The notes under the pieces are model-generated. The model saw only the letters and a program-made list of their open reading frames with translations. It ran no database searches and was not told where the DNA came from. A stretch of 63,060 nt of DNA, counting the filler, from Reticulomyxa filosa (Eukaryota > Protista > Foraminifera): NCBI GenBank assembly GCA_000512085.1. It is 24 parts of 24 records of this genome, joined end to end, with 100 filler letters (N's around TTAATTAATTAA, not from the genome) between each part and the next. Parts side by side here need not be neighbours in the genome. Positions count along the whole stretch, not along the records: positions 25,938 to 32,091 come from ASPP01008841.1; positions 32,192 to 33,565 come from ASPP01012432.1; positions 33,666 to 36,787 come from ASPP01004793.1; positions 36,888 to 38,026 come from ASPP01024428.1; positions 38,127 to 39,323 come from ASPP01046524.1; positions 39,424 to 40,670 come from ASPP01034276.1; 18 more parts are not named here. One strand, written 5' to 3'. Position 1 is the stretch's first letter. Each line of letters starts with the position of its first letter. Below are positions 27,972 through 40,770 of this stretch, piece after piece. The position numbers and the translations under genes were made by a program.

Positions 27972-29682
27972 ATGGGAAATTTATGTGCAAATGATGACGC
28001 TGAAACAAAAACCACTAGAAACATCGATAGAATGTTAGTGGGAGTTGAAAGAAGTGAAAAAAAAGAAAACAAGTTGTTGTTATTAGGTACTGGAAGTTCT
28101 GGTAAATCTACACTATTCAAAGGATTACGTTTGGTGAATGGAAATGAATTTGAGCAAACTGAAAAGGTGGACACTCGTCGTATGATTCGCTCCAATATTG
28201 TAGCTTCTATTATGACCCTATTGCAAAAATCGCAAGTAAAAATATTTTTCGAAATTATCTTTTAAAAGTAATATATGAAACTATTAATATTTTTATTACT
28301 ATTCAAAAAAAAACCAAAAATTATAGATGCTGTACGAAAGAGATCCCGAAAGATTTGGCGATTGCAAAGTGAATATTACCGATCCTAGTGTCATCCAATC
28401 TATTCAAGTATTAATCTCGTTTGCGGAAGAGCCATTCACCAATGATGATATTATGCCTGCAACACGTCTAGAAGCTCTCGGCAATGCTGTTACAAAATTA
28501 TGGGCTTTGAAAGCACTTAAAGCTACCTATTCTAATAGACGGTTAAAAAAAATTTTATACGTTTAGACAAGGTTACATAGTAAGGGGCATTTGTATAGGG
28601 AATAAAGATTTGAGATTGAAACGTATACAAAATATTTGTCCTTACTACCCCTTAATAGGTTTTTTCCAAATTTTTTTCCCTCTCTTTCTCTCATCCTAAC
28701 AAAGTGTTTTTTCTTCCAAAATCAAAAAAGTCTTTTAAGAGGGGGAGGGGGAAGGACTTTGGCAAAAAGGACAAAAAAAATAATAACTAAAACATTATGC
28801 TGCCCCCTCCTCCCCCCCCCCTCCCCATACACTAAAAAAAAAAAAATATGCAAGATTTTATTCGTTCTTGGACAATATGGAACATTACTACAATAAAGTA
28901 AGTGAAATAATGAAGGTGGATTATCTGCCAAATGACGATGATGTATTGAAAGCGCGAATTCGTACGACCGGACTTATTGAAATGGTATATGAAAAAGATG
29001 ACAACATTTTCAAAATTTGCGATGTTGGAGGGCAAAGAAGCGAACGTAAAAAATGGATTCACTCTTTTGAACATGTCTCGGCGATCATATTTGTTGCTGC
29101 GTTAAATCATTACGCATGTGTGCTCTTTGAAGATGAACGAATCAATGCAATGCATGAATCCATGGAATTATTTGATGATATTTGCAATAGCAAATGGTTT
29201 CGAAAATCGGGTATTTTGTTTTGTTTTTGTTTTGAATTTTGAAAATCTGTTTGTATATAAAAGTGAATTACATTATGCTTGTTTTATTTAAAAAAAAAAA
29301 TTTACCTTCATCTTTATCATTAGAGATGATCTTGTTCTTGAACAAAGACGACTTATTCAGAGAGACATTAGGTGTAGGACATTCACTGTCTTTAGCATTT
29401 AGCAAAGACAAAGGATGGAACGGCGAACAATGGGATCCAAAGTTGGATTATATACCTAAATCCAATGTTTCGTATGCTGACGATCCAGACTTTCATTCAT
29501 GCTATCAAGTTGCATCAAAATTCATTTTAGATCAGTACTTAGATATCAATGAAGACAAAGAAAAAACTATTTTTACCCACTTCACGTGTGCAACTGATTC
29601 CAACAGCATCGAAACCGTGTTTTGGGATGTGCAAAACATTGTCATCAAAGCTAACCTAAGAAGAGGTGGCCTTATCATTTGA
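27972..29682 (+). CDS. Heterotrimeric G-protein alpha subunit
   Basis: Exons 27972-28235, 28327-28541, 28855-29210 and 29324-29682 join in frame. Motifs: MGNLC lipidation, G1 LLLLGTGSSGKST, G2 RIRTTG, G3 DVGGQRSERKKW, G4 FLNKDD, G5 TCATD. Confidence 0.96.
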
Positions 29683-30151
29683 AAATATTCTCCTGTTTTG
29701 TTTTTCATTTTCGTTTTCTTTTTTTGATCGTGCTCCTTGTATCTCTGCTTGTTGCATGCGTTTTTGGAGTGATTTGTGCACGACAATGTTATACTTCATA
29801 ATTGTTTTGCTTCTTTCACCAGTTTACACTCAACTTCAGACTAAGATCGCTAAATATTATACAGATCTTTTTTTAGTTCTACTTTTTTTAAAAATCTCAT
29901 AGCTTTTTATTTTTCAATCAAGTAGAGCAAGCATTCACACTTGGGAAGAAAACTACGTTGAACTCAATTCAATTATTGAAATCGAATTTTGATATATTAG
30001 AAAAAAGAGGCTCTGCACTCCTTTGGTGTTTTATAGTCAGTGTTCCAAAACGTATTTCCACCGTTGAAATGCAAAACCGATTTCTAGTGAAAAACTAAAA
30101 CAACGTCGAAGTAAACCTACGAAAAAGGAAAAAACTACCAAAAAAAAATGT

Positions 30152-32091
30152 TTAGTTGGGAAGATTAATGTTTGGTGGATCACATATACATGTGTTGTGG
30201 TGGTGGTCGGGCCTGAGTTGCTCCAATTGGCTGTGAATTTGTTCTTTAATACTGGCAATGGTAGTTTTGATTTTTTCGGCCAGTCTCTCCGTTTCCTTCT
30301 CTAAACCACTTGTGTCCAATTCTAAATTGAATAATTCTCGCAACAATTTGACTGCCATCAAGGCTCCTCTTTGGTCAATCAACTTGACCGGATCAGGTGC
30401 CAACAACGCTATTATTCAAAGCATTTTTTTAATTTTTTTTTTTAAAAAAAGCAAAGAAAAGATGTACCTGTAAACGGCGGATCATCAGATGGTGAAGTCG
30501 TGCACATTGACAGCATTGCACCTGGTAAACGTGTAAAAAAAAAAGTTAAAAAAACTTCATCTCTTCTTGGCAAAAAAAAAAAAAAAAAAAAATTACCAGT
30601 GATTCCAAGTATTTGACCAGTTTTAATAGGTCTATGGCCCATATCATATAATTTCTTAGCAATTTCGTCAGAGCATGTGACGTATCGTACAGTGGCATAA
30701 GGATCTTTGACATCGTCTTCTTTTTCAGTCTCTGAGTCTTGTCCAGACAAAACCGGCATGTCAAGTTTTAACACTGGTTGTCCTCCATCATCTTCTTCTT
30801 CTTCATCATCCTCCACATCTTCTTCTACCTCTTCTTCATCACCTTGCGCCTCAATGTCTACGCCCTCCAATTTGGCAATTTCTTTGATTTCCTTGTCGAG
30901 TTGATTTTCAATTGGCAGTCCTTCCACGATAACAATGTGCTTACCTACATAAAGTCATGCAAAGTATGTATGTGTGTCCCCCCCCTCCTCCTTCTATCAA
31001 CTGATTCAACAACAAAGAGATTATACAAATTACATTTATACGGTCAACAAATAAATTGCAAAGCACTTTGAATACAAAAAGTTGAATTTGTCAATAATGT
31101 ACAAAGATAGATTGAGTCCAGCAAACCACAAACATAAATAACAACAACAACAACAAATGCATACATCGATGGCGCCTAGCAAAATCAGAGAAAGCTTTAG
31201 TAATTTGCCAAACAAGCGACGATTTTTGTGTTGCGGAAATGGGTAAATCTCCGACGGCGACACAAACTATATTTTATTTTACACACACACACACGCATAT
31301 ACACACATGTATGATCTACGACGATGATAGCGACGAGTGTGACTTACAAAAAAATCTAGACAAACAAATAAAATACCATCTCTGTTGCCATGGATTCTGA
31401 TTGGCGACGTTGCTCGATACGAGTGAATGGAACACATTGCAGTGATCTATAAAAAAAAAAAAAAAAAAAAGGGTGGTCAAATTTATTGATTTTAGATTCG
31501 TATTTGCGCATGTGTGTGTGTGTATAACATTTATGTACTTGATATGATTGATTATCACACAATGTTATTACCTTGGTCATACAATTTGTGATTGTAAAAA
31601 AAAAAAAAAAAAAAATTAGAAACTTGTGGAGATTCGAAAATTGCAATCAAAGGCAACTTCAATTCTTTGATTAAATATGCACTGACGACCGTGGAGGTGA
31701 CGCCAACGCCGCTGGTGCCTTCAATAAAAAGGGACCCGTTCACCAACTCCGATCCCTCGCATTCGATGAGACTCGACTCGTTTCTCGGACCGTACTGGAA
31801 TCGACTGATCACTTTCGGGCGTTTGATGCACCCAAAGTGCGTGTTTAGTTGCATCGCACTTTCGCTCATCTTGTCCGATGGGATTTTCGATGGCGACACC
31901 ACCGGAACTAAGTCGTCTTGGATCATTGTTGACTGCGACTTTGTTCGCACTAATGCCGAAGGCTTTGTCGGTGAGTCCACCGTTTTTTCTTCGCTGCTCT
32001 TCACTCCTGTTTCTTGTTTCTCCTCTTTTTTTTCCGAGTCTTTATCCTTGTCCTTCTCTTTTGGCTTTTCTTTTTCTTTTTCTTTTTCTTT
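30152..32091 (-). CDS. PAC2-family proteasome assembly chaperone (PbaA/PbaB/PAC2-like), multi-exon, 5'-truncated
   Basis: FIEGTSGVGVTSTVVSAYLIKELKLPLIA, GQILGITGAMLS and ID.RGAL.AV.LL.ELFNLELDTSGLEKETERL match the PAC2 pattern. Confidence 0.75.
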
Positions 32092-32330
32092 NNNNNNNNN
32101 NNNNNNNNNNNNNNNNNNNNNNNNNNNNNNNNNNNTTAATTAATTAANNNNNNNNNNNNNNNNNNNNNNNNNNNNNNNNNNNNNNNNNNNNTTTTTTTTT
32201 TTTTTTTTTTTGCTTCCCCCCCCCCCCCCCCTTTCAATGTATCCTATGATGTGTTTTCTTCTTCAATCTTTGTTTATTACGCTTGTGTGTATCACAACAC
32301 TTAATTGCAATAACTTTTGTTTGTGTACAG

Positions 32331-33565
32331 GGATACTGAAATCGCCCCGACAAGTTGCTGCTGACCAGTTCCAAAAGTCATGGGTAAAAGATACATTGAA
32401 ACACGAACTTGGCGATCGAGATGACCCAAGAGCCGAACACGAAGGCATTTACAAGACGTCCATGCAAGCCACCAGAGAACAACTGGAAAAATCACAAGTG
32501 AGAGACATCATTCGACAGGAATTGGGCACCCGATCAAGTGTTACCCAATTAGAAGAATCAGGTATATTATTGCCAAACATAATGCAATGTATTTGAATTG
32601 TTCTATCCTTTTAGAATTGACCTTAAAGGATTTGAAAAGAGCAAATACAAACTGGTGTGCGTTTGTTTTTGGATCGACTCAAGGAATAATAAAATCGCCA
32701 ATGCAAGCAACCAAAGAGCAACTCCAGAAATCTCAGCTCAAAGATCAGCTGAAGCGTGACATAGAAGAACGAATAGATCCGGACGAAATAACGAAACGTG
32801 AAAGCATTTACAAGACGCAAATGCAAGCAAACAGGGAACAATTGCAAAAATCCAAAATCAGAGACACTGTGAAAAATGAATTGCACAATCGATCTTCTGT
32901 TACGGAGTTGGAAAGCGCTGGTTTGCTAGTATTTCATACATCTTTTATGTATTCTTATGAACAATACGCACCTTTTTATCTACTATGGGACAACATTCAT
33001 AAGAGGGAAAAGGATATATCTGCACGTTCGTATGTGCATGTTTTTTTGTTGTTGTTTTTTTTGGAAAAGGAATATTAAAAAGTCCATTGCAAGCATCGAA
33101 ACAGCAATTGGAGAGATCATTGATCAAAGACCAATTGAAATCGGAAATGGAGGAACGAAGAGAAACAAAGAAGGGAACTCTTGGAGACGTAGAAGAAGTT
33201 GAAGAAGAACACGAACACGAACAAGAACAAGAACAAGAGCAAGAAGCAGATAGAGAGTCAGCTCAAGTTGAATATCTCAATGTTTGCCACTTGTATTCAA
33301 TCTTTGTGTTTACCATCTACTCTCCATTGCTGTCATGGTCTGTTTTGTTTTTTTTTTTTTTTTTTGAATGGGCGACAGAACACGAACCGGAAAATGCACG
33401 AAGCATGCTGGACCAAGGACTAAGGTCGAGACATGGTATCAGTGAGTTGGAGAGAGAAGGAATTTACAAAACACCGATGCAAGTGGCTGCGGAGCAATTG
33501 CAGAAATCACAAGCCAAAGACCAATTGCGACAGGAAATGGAGAATCGCAGCGACACTCAACAACT
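32331..33565 (+). CDS. Tandem RPEL-like repeat protein, internal exons
   Basis: About 38-aa units QA..EQL.KS...D.L..EL..R....ELE..GI(L/Y)K, about 7 copies. Exons are 32331-32561, 32684-32920 and 33070 onward. Confidence 0.7.
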
Positions 33566-33665
33566 NNNNNNNNNNNNNNNNNNNNNNNNNNNNNNNNNNN
33601 NNNNNNNNNTTAATTAATTAANNNNNNNNNNNNNNNNNNNNNNNNNNNNNNNNNNNNNNNNNNNN

Positions 33666-34320
33666 AACATCAGACAAAATAGATTATCTCAATTGCTAAT
33701 TAATGATTGGTGATGTTTCTATTTTTAGTCGTATCATTACATCGATGATTTTTTCTTTATCACTATCTCATCATTGAATTGTTTTATCACGAACATGACA
33801 CTGATTTTAAATCATCAGATGATAAAAAAATGTAATTAATAACTCCATTATGTCCTTCTAGTACTTTCATTTGTTTTTCTAAAAACACATCTCATATTTG
33901 AACAGTGTTGTCATTTGAATATGAAATAACTTTAGGACCATCTGATGAAATTTTTATTTATCGCATATCATTGCAATGTCATTGTAATATTTAAATTGAT
34001 TTTCAAGTCAATATATCACAGTCAAACTGTCTTATCCTTTGGACAAGACGCAATTGTAGTGCAAGCTGGAGAAAATCTTACCTCAGTTACATCTTTATTT
34101 CCTTCGAATAAAAACAGCTGATTATTCAGAGATATATCACATACTCAAATTATGTTATGATACAAATTTAGGACCATCTAATGAAAGTATCTTTTTTACA
34201 AAATGTGTACGTCCTTCAAATGGTTGAATAAATAACATTTCAAATGCCAAATATTGATAATATTATTGAACAGATAATTTATTTGAATGTTTTTAACATA
34301 AATATCAATCAATTGTTCAT
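33666..34320 (-). pseudogene. Decayed WD40-repeat gene
   Basis: Remnant FS.DG.K and IWHLK...FEG motifs interrupted by stops and frameshifts. Confidence 0.5.
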
Positions 34321-34779
34321 TAAATGCTTACCAAATTGTTAGTGTTTATTTCATTTAATGAAGTGTTTCGTTTACATTCCAAAAACAAGATATAAATTGT
34401 TGTGAAGTATTAGTTTGCTCGTTAAAATGATTCAACAAATCTTCTTCTATATAAACTTTTTCTAAATCCTAGTTTTCTTTGTCTTTTGTTTATTTGGCTT
34501 AAATTGGGGATTATATGTAAATTCATATTACGTATTTAAAACTTTTTTTTAACTTGTCAGTATATTTCCGTTTTTTAAAGCAACACAAAAAAAAAAAGAA
34601 AAGCAAATAAAAAGATGAATCAAAGACCGACAATATGTTATTTGTTATTTGTTTTGATTTAATTTTTTTTAATATAATTTGAAATAATTAAGCAAAAAAT
34701 TGGTAAATTTCATATTATATGAAATAAAACAAAAACCAAAATCATATCTAACAGATATTTAATTGTGCTTCTTCAAAAT

Positions 34780-35500
34780 TTATTTTATATACTGTTTCAT
34801 AATAATCTTATCAAAATCATTGATCCATCCTAATTTTATCTTTAAAGTTCGAGTCCAATATTTAATAATTAATTTTATTTCATTTTTCGACTGTTTATTA
34901 TTTGTTAATAATTTCACAAGAATTTATTTGTGTTTAATCAAAATAAATAATAAATAAACAAATCATTACCAACTGTGAAGGATCCCATCCACGCACTTTG
35001 GTCTTCATGTAAGTATATCCTCCAATGATGTGTATATAATTGTCTTCTTCATTCAATATTGCAACACAATCAAACAATGGACTGGGTAAAATGTTTTCAA
35101 ATTTCATTCATTTATATTTTCGAATTAAATACTTGAATACTGATTTTGAGGTATTAGGGTAATCTAATTCACCAAAGAACAAGATGATATCATTGATACA
35201 CACATATACATATTTAAATAATGCAATATCATGACGAACAGATAGTTTATGAAATTGAAAATTGTTGTTATCTTCATCATATTCAATTGATAATCCTATC
35301 TTTGCACAAAACAACAGCATTTGATAATTTTGTTTATATTTTTGATTTGTTTTCATCATTTCTTGTACTTGTCCATTTTCTGATTTTGATATAAAGCAAT
35401 GATAAGATATTTTATTATAAGTTGGTAAAGTATCATGTTTAATAAATTGAAATGTATTTAAATCAAACACACTGAATAATTTTAAACACAAAAGAAATAA
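34780..35500 (-). pseudogene. Kelch-like family gene, C-terminal part, disrupted, ending in the W-x-R/GW module exon
   Basis: SVFDLNTFQFIKHDTLP...YHCFI, GLSIEYDEDNN.FQF, INDIILFFG and HIIGG motifs, with a stop at 35108 inside the Kelch region. The last exon is 34890-34780. Confidence 0.7.
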
Positions 35501-36432
35501 ATGAATAAATTGGGTGTATCTACAAACAATTGAAATAAAAGCACTTGTGCTGTTATTATTTTTAGCTGCAATTACAAAAAAATTGGAGTGTTTTTTACTA
35601 GATGAAATGTACCCTTCCTTTTTCAGAAAGTTGAAAATTCTTTTCAAAAAAAACCTTTATGCAATGTAAAAAATAAGGCATTCTCTGTCTTCTTTTAAAT
35701 CAAAACATATTTTGTTTTTTTGAAAAATTGAAAGCGTTTAAAGCTATTCAAATTATTCAATTGATCTTTGTACAATTCATTTAAGAGATTGTAAAAATGA
35801 AATTATGTCATATGTTCATTACATAATACATTTATCATTTTATATGAGAGTTCAACAATGAAGTTAATAGATAACATGTTATCCTAAAGACAATCGTGTA
35901 GAATTTTCTTTTAGGAAAAAAAAACATAGTTGGTAGATGCACTCTTTGAAAAGATTTTTAAATTTCTATTTATTAAATCTATAAATAAAACTTGCAATAT
36001 ATCTTGAATACTTGTTGTAAATACAAATACATCAAAAATTAGCTTCTTTCACACATTTTAACTGATAAAGAGGACATTTACTTTACTGAATTGCATTTTA
36101 AGAAAAGTAAAAGTACTCTGAATTTTTCTTCCTTTTGTGTACGTTCTTGTGCATTCAAATTACCATTTTCCATAATTTTGAGGAAACTAGAAAAAATTCT
36201 TGTTGTTCTCATTGCAAAGTTTATATTTATTAAATAAAACAAACTCATTTCAATTTTTATTGACCCTTTGCGGGCTTAAAAAAAAAGTTGAAAAGCATTT
36301 TTTTCATCATTTTTGCGTCAAAGATCATCTCAAAAAAAAAAGATACTTTAGCTTAGCAATGAAAGTTTAGTTTAAGTTGTTTTTTTAGGTCTTTCTTTTT
36401 GTTTTTCTCATTTTGCTTTACGATTGAAACAG

Positions 36433-36787
36433 TCAAAAGAAGAAGAGATCCAAATAATTATTCATTATTGGATTCGAACATTCAACATTCAATTATGATG
36501 GATCAAAGAGTTTGACAAATTTGTTGTCAATTATGTCAGTTCATTTGTTCTTTTTTTTCTTAAATACAAATCAACACATTCCAATATTATTTAACATAGG
36601 CATCTACTGTCTTCATGTTTGACACATTTCGTTCATCATCCAAATTAATTAATACATTCACTGGACATACAAATAATGTGTGGAGCATTGATTATTCAAC
36701 ATTTGATGATTGTCAATTTATTTGTTCTGGATCAGAAGATAAAACAGTCGTGTATGGGATGTTGATAACAACAAACAAATTCAATCA
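36433..36787 (+). pseudogene. WD40-repeat gene N-terminus with module exon, disrupted
   Basis: Exon 36433-36534 has an in-frame TGA. The next exon reads FTGHTNNVWSIDYSTFD..QFICSGSEDKTV and then frameshifts. Confidence 0.75.
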
Positions 36788-37400
36788 NNNNNNNNNNNNN
36801 NNNNNNNNNNNNNNNNNNNNNNNNNNNNNNNTTAATTAATTAANNNNNNNNNNNNNNNNNNNNNNNNNNNNNNNNNNNNNNNNNNNNGCCATTTAGGTAT
36901 GGCAGTTTTTTTTGCAATCTACTGTATGATCTAACTTCAGTTTTGTTAAAATTGGCCAAATAAGCATTCTTTTCTTCATATTGCAAACAGTTTGTAATTT
37001 ATATAGCTACGCATTGTAAAATTGAGAATAACATAAATCTCTGTCGAAATTTAACACATCTATGTTTATTCCTCACAAATTTTGATGCTGTCTTGCTTGT
37101 CATTTAATAAATTAAAATAATTTAATTGCGAAATTATCACTGACACATCAAAGACGTCACAAAATGAATAAAAATCCAAGGGAAACCTCATTTGATATAT
37201 TTTTCAGCGTAAGGGATAGGTACTGCGAATAAAAGCAATTTTTTAAGATAATTTTAATGCGTTAAGGATTAAAACGATAATAAGACATATAATATTTTGT
37301 TTACATTGCGTGAAATGCAATTTTATCACTGTTAAATTTTGCTGAGCTTAACACGTCAAAAAAAAAATGGAAATCGACAGTGTCCCATTGTAAAAAAAAA

Positions 37401-37925
37401 ATGTTGAATTGTAAATTGTGTTATTTGCTGTTACTTTGGCTGAATCTGGTCCAAAGCAAATTTGTCTATCTGCCAACATCTTATAATTTCAGCTTGCAAC
37501 TAGCGCCGCAAGATCCCCCTCCTGGACTTGCCGAAGCAGTGTTTTATGTTCAATTTTGTGACGCAACGGAATTTTTGTGCACAAAATATCAATCCTTTAT
37601 TGGAAGCAGTCTGATCGAATCAGGAAAGATTGTAGACAGAGTGGACATACCAAGTATGGACTTCGATTACGTCGGACCAAACCCAGGTGTGTTTACTTTG
37701 GTGACATTCGCTGCAAACGCGAGCATATTCATCCGAGAGATAGCCTGGGGGAACATAGGGCCATTACAAGTGAACATGACATTTGGACGAAATGGCGCGG
37801 ACACAAGCTGTGTATATCTGGATGCAACCAACCTCACCTCCTCTGAACTCGGCCTATCCCCCGAAGAGTGTGCCAACTTTTCGATCCAAAACAACATCCT
37901 CCAGCCCCAAGCCATTGAAGCAGGT
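37401..37925 (+). CDS. Putative secreted/surface protein, first exon
   Basis: N-terminal hydrophobic signal-like segment MLNCKLCYLLLLWLNLVQS-KF followed by a beta-rich region with several N-x-S/T sequons. Confidence 0.55.
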
Positions 37926-37985
37926 AGCAACGTACTTTTTTTTTTTTTGTTTTTTTTAAGCCAAATGGGAGGGAACAAATCCTTT

Positions 37986-38026
<41 letters not shown>

Positions 38027-38483
38027 NNNNNNNNNNNNNNNNNNNNNNNNNNNNNNNNNNNNNNNNNNNNTTAATTAATTAANNNNNNNNNNNNNNNNNN
38101 NNNNNNNNNNNNNNNNNNNNNNNNNNAAACTTTAAACTGGAACAATCAAACTTATGTTAATCAAAGACGATTAGAGTCAAACAAGATAATTGTAAATAAT
38201 TTGAATAGTTGTCTTCTGAGAATTCATTGAATGCTATTGTAACACAATTACGCCATCTTTAAATACACTTCACTCAAAGAATGAATATGGATTGATTTAA
38301 TTCTATTTGATTGCTTCTTTTAAATTAAATGATTCAAGTATTGATAAGAACAAAGAATATATTAAAAATGCAACTAAGTTAAGGAATAGGTGAATTTTTT
38401 CTATTTGTAAAAAGAAACATGGACAACCACTCCAGTAATTCTATTGCTCACAAGAAATTCCAAAATGAAAAAATAACCATTAA

Positions 38484-39323
38484 TCATTCCCAAATTTCAA
38501 TTGTATTATCAGAAGAAACCAAGAATATATTACCATTAGGAGAAATAGCCATTGCTGTTATATTAATGCATCTATTTATGGTTGTTTCATATCCCGATTT
38601 TGTATCCCACAATAGAAGTGAGCCATTGTCAAATCCAATCAAAATTGTTTGATAATTTGGAAAATATTGCCAATCAATTATATTTATTCCACCTTTATGT
38701 AACATACTTTCTGATTCCAAGTCACGTATTGTAAGCATCTGACCTGAAAAAGTTGCAAGAAATCTACCATCTGGAGATAATCTTATTTTCATGCTATAAT
38801 CTATGCCTGTTATTTCTTTCACTTTTTTACCTAATTTCATATCCCATAAACTAATTGCTTTGAAAGTTAAAAATGCAACTATTTGTCTATTTGGTAAATA
38901 TTTCTCATCAAATACATTATCACAATCTATATATTCTATTATATGTATTAGTTTTCCAGAGTCCACATCCCAGAATCCAATATCACAAGTAGATAACATT
39001 GCAGTAATATATCTACCATCTAAAGAAAATTGTATTTCACTATCAGGTTCTACAATTCCTTCAAATAGCATCACTTTCTTTCCTGACTCTATATTCCATG
39101 ATTGCATTCCATTGTTTGTGTTCGATACAAAAGTGCTTCCATCTGGTGAAAATACTATAAAATCTTGCATTTCATTACTTATGTTGAAAGTTCGAATTTT
39201 CTTACCTAATGCAATGTCCCATATTTCAAATGTTCCATCTTCTGTTAACAAATAAAACTTGCGACCATCTGCCGAAAATACTAGCTTGTCAATATTATAA
39301 GAGTCTTTTTTTAATATTCTCGA
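38484..39323 (-). CDS. Divergent WD40-repeat protein (5'-truncated)
   Basis: Repeated FSPDG...WD/WN motifs, about 7 blades. Confidence 0.85.
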   Translation of the reverse strand, partial: SRILKKDSYNIDKLVFSADGRKFYLLTEDGTFEIWDIALGKKIRTFNISNEMQDFIVFSPDGSTFVSNTNNGMQSWNIESGKKVMLFEGIVEPDSEIQFSLDGRYITAMLSTCDIGFWDVDSGKLIHIIEYIDCDNVFDEKYLPNRQIVAFLTFKAISLWDMKLGKKVKEITGIDYSMKIRLSPDGRFLATFSGQMLTIRDLESESMLHKGGINIIDWQYFPNYQTILIGFDNGSLLLWDTKSGYETTINRCINITAMAISPNGNIFLVSSDNTIEIWE

Positions 39324-39423
39324 NNNNNNNNNNNNNNNNNNNNNNNNNNNNNNNNNNNNNNNNNNNNTTAATTAATTAANNNNNNNNNNNNNNNNNNNNN
39401 NNNNNNNNNNNNNNNNNNNNNNN

Positions 39424-39890
39424 CTTCTCGTGTATATGATGCACAATTTTCACATGATTGTCAAAAGATTGTGTCTTCATTGTCCAATGCAACAATTGAA
39501 ATATGGGACGTAACATCAGGAAAAAAAATAAAAGAATTCAAAGGACATTCAAATCAAGTTATTAGATCACAGTTTTCTCCAGATGGAAAATTTATTGTTT
39601 CTTGTTCCTTTGATAAGACAGTTCGAATATGGAATGTAAGATCAGGAAGAGAAGTGATGAACTTTGAAAAGCATTCTGATTGGGTTGAAAATGTGAAATA
39701 TTTTCCAGATGGTCAATATATTATTTCGTGCTCATGGGATAAAACACTTCGCGTATGGGATGTGGAGACAGGACAAGAAGTACAAATATTAGAAGGACAT
39801 CCCACAGGCGTTACAGGTGTTGATATTTCATTAACGAATCAGCTTATTGTGTCATCTAGCGTTGATGGGACTATTCAATTGTGGCGATGA
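39424..39890 (+). CDS. WD40-repeat protein C-terminus (5'-truncated)
   Basis: GHSNQV...FSPDGKFIVSCSFDKTVRIW and further canonical GH...WD repeats. Confidence 0.92.
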
Positions 39891-40335
39891 CAAAATAACG
39901 CAACATGCATAAATTGAACCATCTTTTTTTTAAAAAAAGATTGCATTAACTATGAAATTCGCTTAGTTTTGTCAAATTGTTTGTATCTGGAATCGAACAA
40001 TTTGACCAAATCTTTTTTTTTTTTGCTTTGCAAGGCCTTGAAAAACAATCTGATATAGTCTTAAAAAAAATAGTTGTAACTAAATAAGATGACAAACACT
40101 CAGATTTCGTTTTATTTAAAAAAAACAAAAAATTAAAATTATCAGATTAAGACAAAAAAATAAAAACATGTACAAACACTAACAAAGATAAATACATTTT
40201 CCGGAGTTTTCAGTTGGAGCATATGAACTATCGTTGTCCGAATTAGCGTACGGAGTAGTGTCTTTACTGGTTGATGCTGTCTTTGTTCCAGTGTTTTCTT
40301 ATTCTTCTTCTTGGTAATATAATCCTTGAAATTCC

Positions 40336-40484
40336 AAATGCTTTATGTTGTCATAAGGCTACCAAGTGTATTATTCTTCATCGTCATAACCTTTACAGTG
40401 CACTTGATACACTCGTACTTGACCTAAGTCGCTCCATTTGTCAGCCAGGATTGCTTCGACTTCGAAGACCCCTGGCTCATTTTC
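40336..40484 (-). pseudogene. Chromodomain remnant with two in-frame stops
   Basis: Translates as FEVEAILADKWSDLGQVRVYQVHCKGYDDEE*YTW*PYDNIKHL against the chromo consensus y.VE.I.......Y.VKWKGY....TWEP..N+. It is absent from the ORF track. Confidence 0.75.
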
Positions 40485-40770
40485 ATCTATGAGTCATTAT
40501 GTCGCTTTGATGACTGCATAATGCTTTGAGATATTTTTTTTTATATCTCATCAATCGAAGCTCACTTTACCCTTTTTTTTTTTTAGTAAAAATAGGGAGT
40601 TACGGTTGACAAAAACATAGTACTTTTGAGTATATCTTTCATAGAAGAGGTCAATTTTTGAAATTTGTCANNNNNNNNNNNNNNNNNNNNNNNNNNNNNN
40701 NNNNNNNNNNNNNNTTAATTAATTAANNNNNNNNNNNNNNNNNNNNNNNNNNNNNNNNNNNNNNNNNNNN

